DNA of 64,000 bases from Octopus sinensis. Lineage: Eukaryota. The stretch spans positions 16,988,001 through 17,052,000 of the forward strand of contig NC_043007.1 of NCBI RefSeq assembly GCF_006345805.1, in the 5' to 3' direction. Of this stretch, positions 63,046 through 64,000 are shown in pieces (the stretch's first letter is position 1; the number at the start of each line of letters is the position of its first letter). Below the pieces are notes generated by a model. The model was not told the origin of the DNA. It searched no databases and saw nothing but the letters and a program-made list of their open reading frames with translations. Position numbers and translations under genes: made by a program.

Positions 63046-63525
63046 TTTGTGTGTACTGTTGTCTTTGCATTATGTGATGATTGCAAATGAGTGTCCTCAT
63101 CATATGAATGCCATTGTTCCAGGGTGTATAAAATCTGCCTCATTTAATTCCATCTAACCCATGCAAGCATGGAAAAGTGGACATTAAAATGGATGATGAT
63201 ACATATTGGGAAGAAAGCCAAAGTTTGCTACAGAAACATCTGAAGCCCACAATATCAAGAGCATGAAGCCCACCATTTAGGTGCCACACAGCACCAAAAC
63301 AAAAGTTTCAACTATTGATATAAAATAGTAACAATTATAGTTGTTTGAACATAGTTTTAATTGATACTGTATAATTTTCATACTTTCATAGATGCAGGCA
63401 TGGCTGGGTGGGAAGAAGTTTGCTTCTAAACCACATGGTTCTGGGTTCAGTCCCACTGCATGAATGGATTTGGTAGATAGAAGCCGAAAGAAGCACACTG
63501 TGTGTGTAGGTGTATGTATATATAT

Positions 63526-63557
<32 letters not shown>

Positions 63558-64000
63558 ATGTGTGTATCTTTATATCTGTCTTTGTCCTCCACAACTGCTT
63601 GACAACTGGTGTTGGTTTGTTTACATCCCTGTAGCTTAAAAAAAAATCTACTGAGGTCAGTTTATTCAACTAAAAAGTCTTCATGGTGGTGCCTCAGCAT
63701 AGCCACATTCTAATGGCTGAAACAAGAGATAGAAGATATAGGTTAGGTTTTATAAATTTACATACAAATTATTATCATCATCATCATCATCATTGTTTAA
63801 CATCCGCTTTCCATGCTAACATGGGTTAAGCGATTTTGACTAAGGGCTGGCAAACCAGATGGCTGCACCAGGCTCCAATCTTGATTTGGCAGAGTTTCTA
63901 CAGCTGGATGCCTTTCCTAACGCCAACCACTCTGAGAGTGTAGTGGGTGCTTTTTAACGTGCCACCGGCACGGTGTGCCACCAAGGAGTATTTTTATAGT

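Noticed and set aside
37422-64000. RAB4 exon 2 (DFLFKFLVIG.AGTGKS)
   Set aside because: I scanned by eye for the expected codons after AG acceptors and found none. It probably lies beyond the window, which limits confidence in the RAB4 call.

Overview
AT-rich, repeat-dominated animal genomic DNA, most likely from an octopus (inferred from the SINE and LINE families and TTAGGG-type repeats; not verified by search). I can support two host genes, divergently oriented. DPY30 lies on the minus strand: central exon 15078-15223, last exon 11829-11895, probable first exon 20814-20823, and one linking exon not found. A probable RAB4 first coding exon (MSETY, GTGAGT donor) lies on the plus strand at 37406-37421; its exon 2 was not found, so about 26 kb of the window is probably intron 1. 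The rest is mobile DNA and simple repeats: tRNA-derived and RTE-tailed SINEs; RTE, CR1, R4-like, HERO-like and Penelope-like retroelement fragments; a solo LTR; Helitrons; hAT, Tc1/mariner and at least three GG-terminal 8-bp-TSD (Merlin-like) MITE families; and long TA/TG microsatellites that explain all long ORFs in the track. The strongest observation is a complete hammerhead ribozyme core in non-circularly permuted strand order in the 3' UTR of a HERO-like retrotransposon (30437-30542, minus). Others are an RFX X-box cluster in DPY30 intron 1, SINE multimers each bounded by one TSD, a twin-priming-like inverted Penelope element, and a 278-bp spacer-less palindrome. Repeat boundaries without a stated TSD are approximate.
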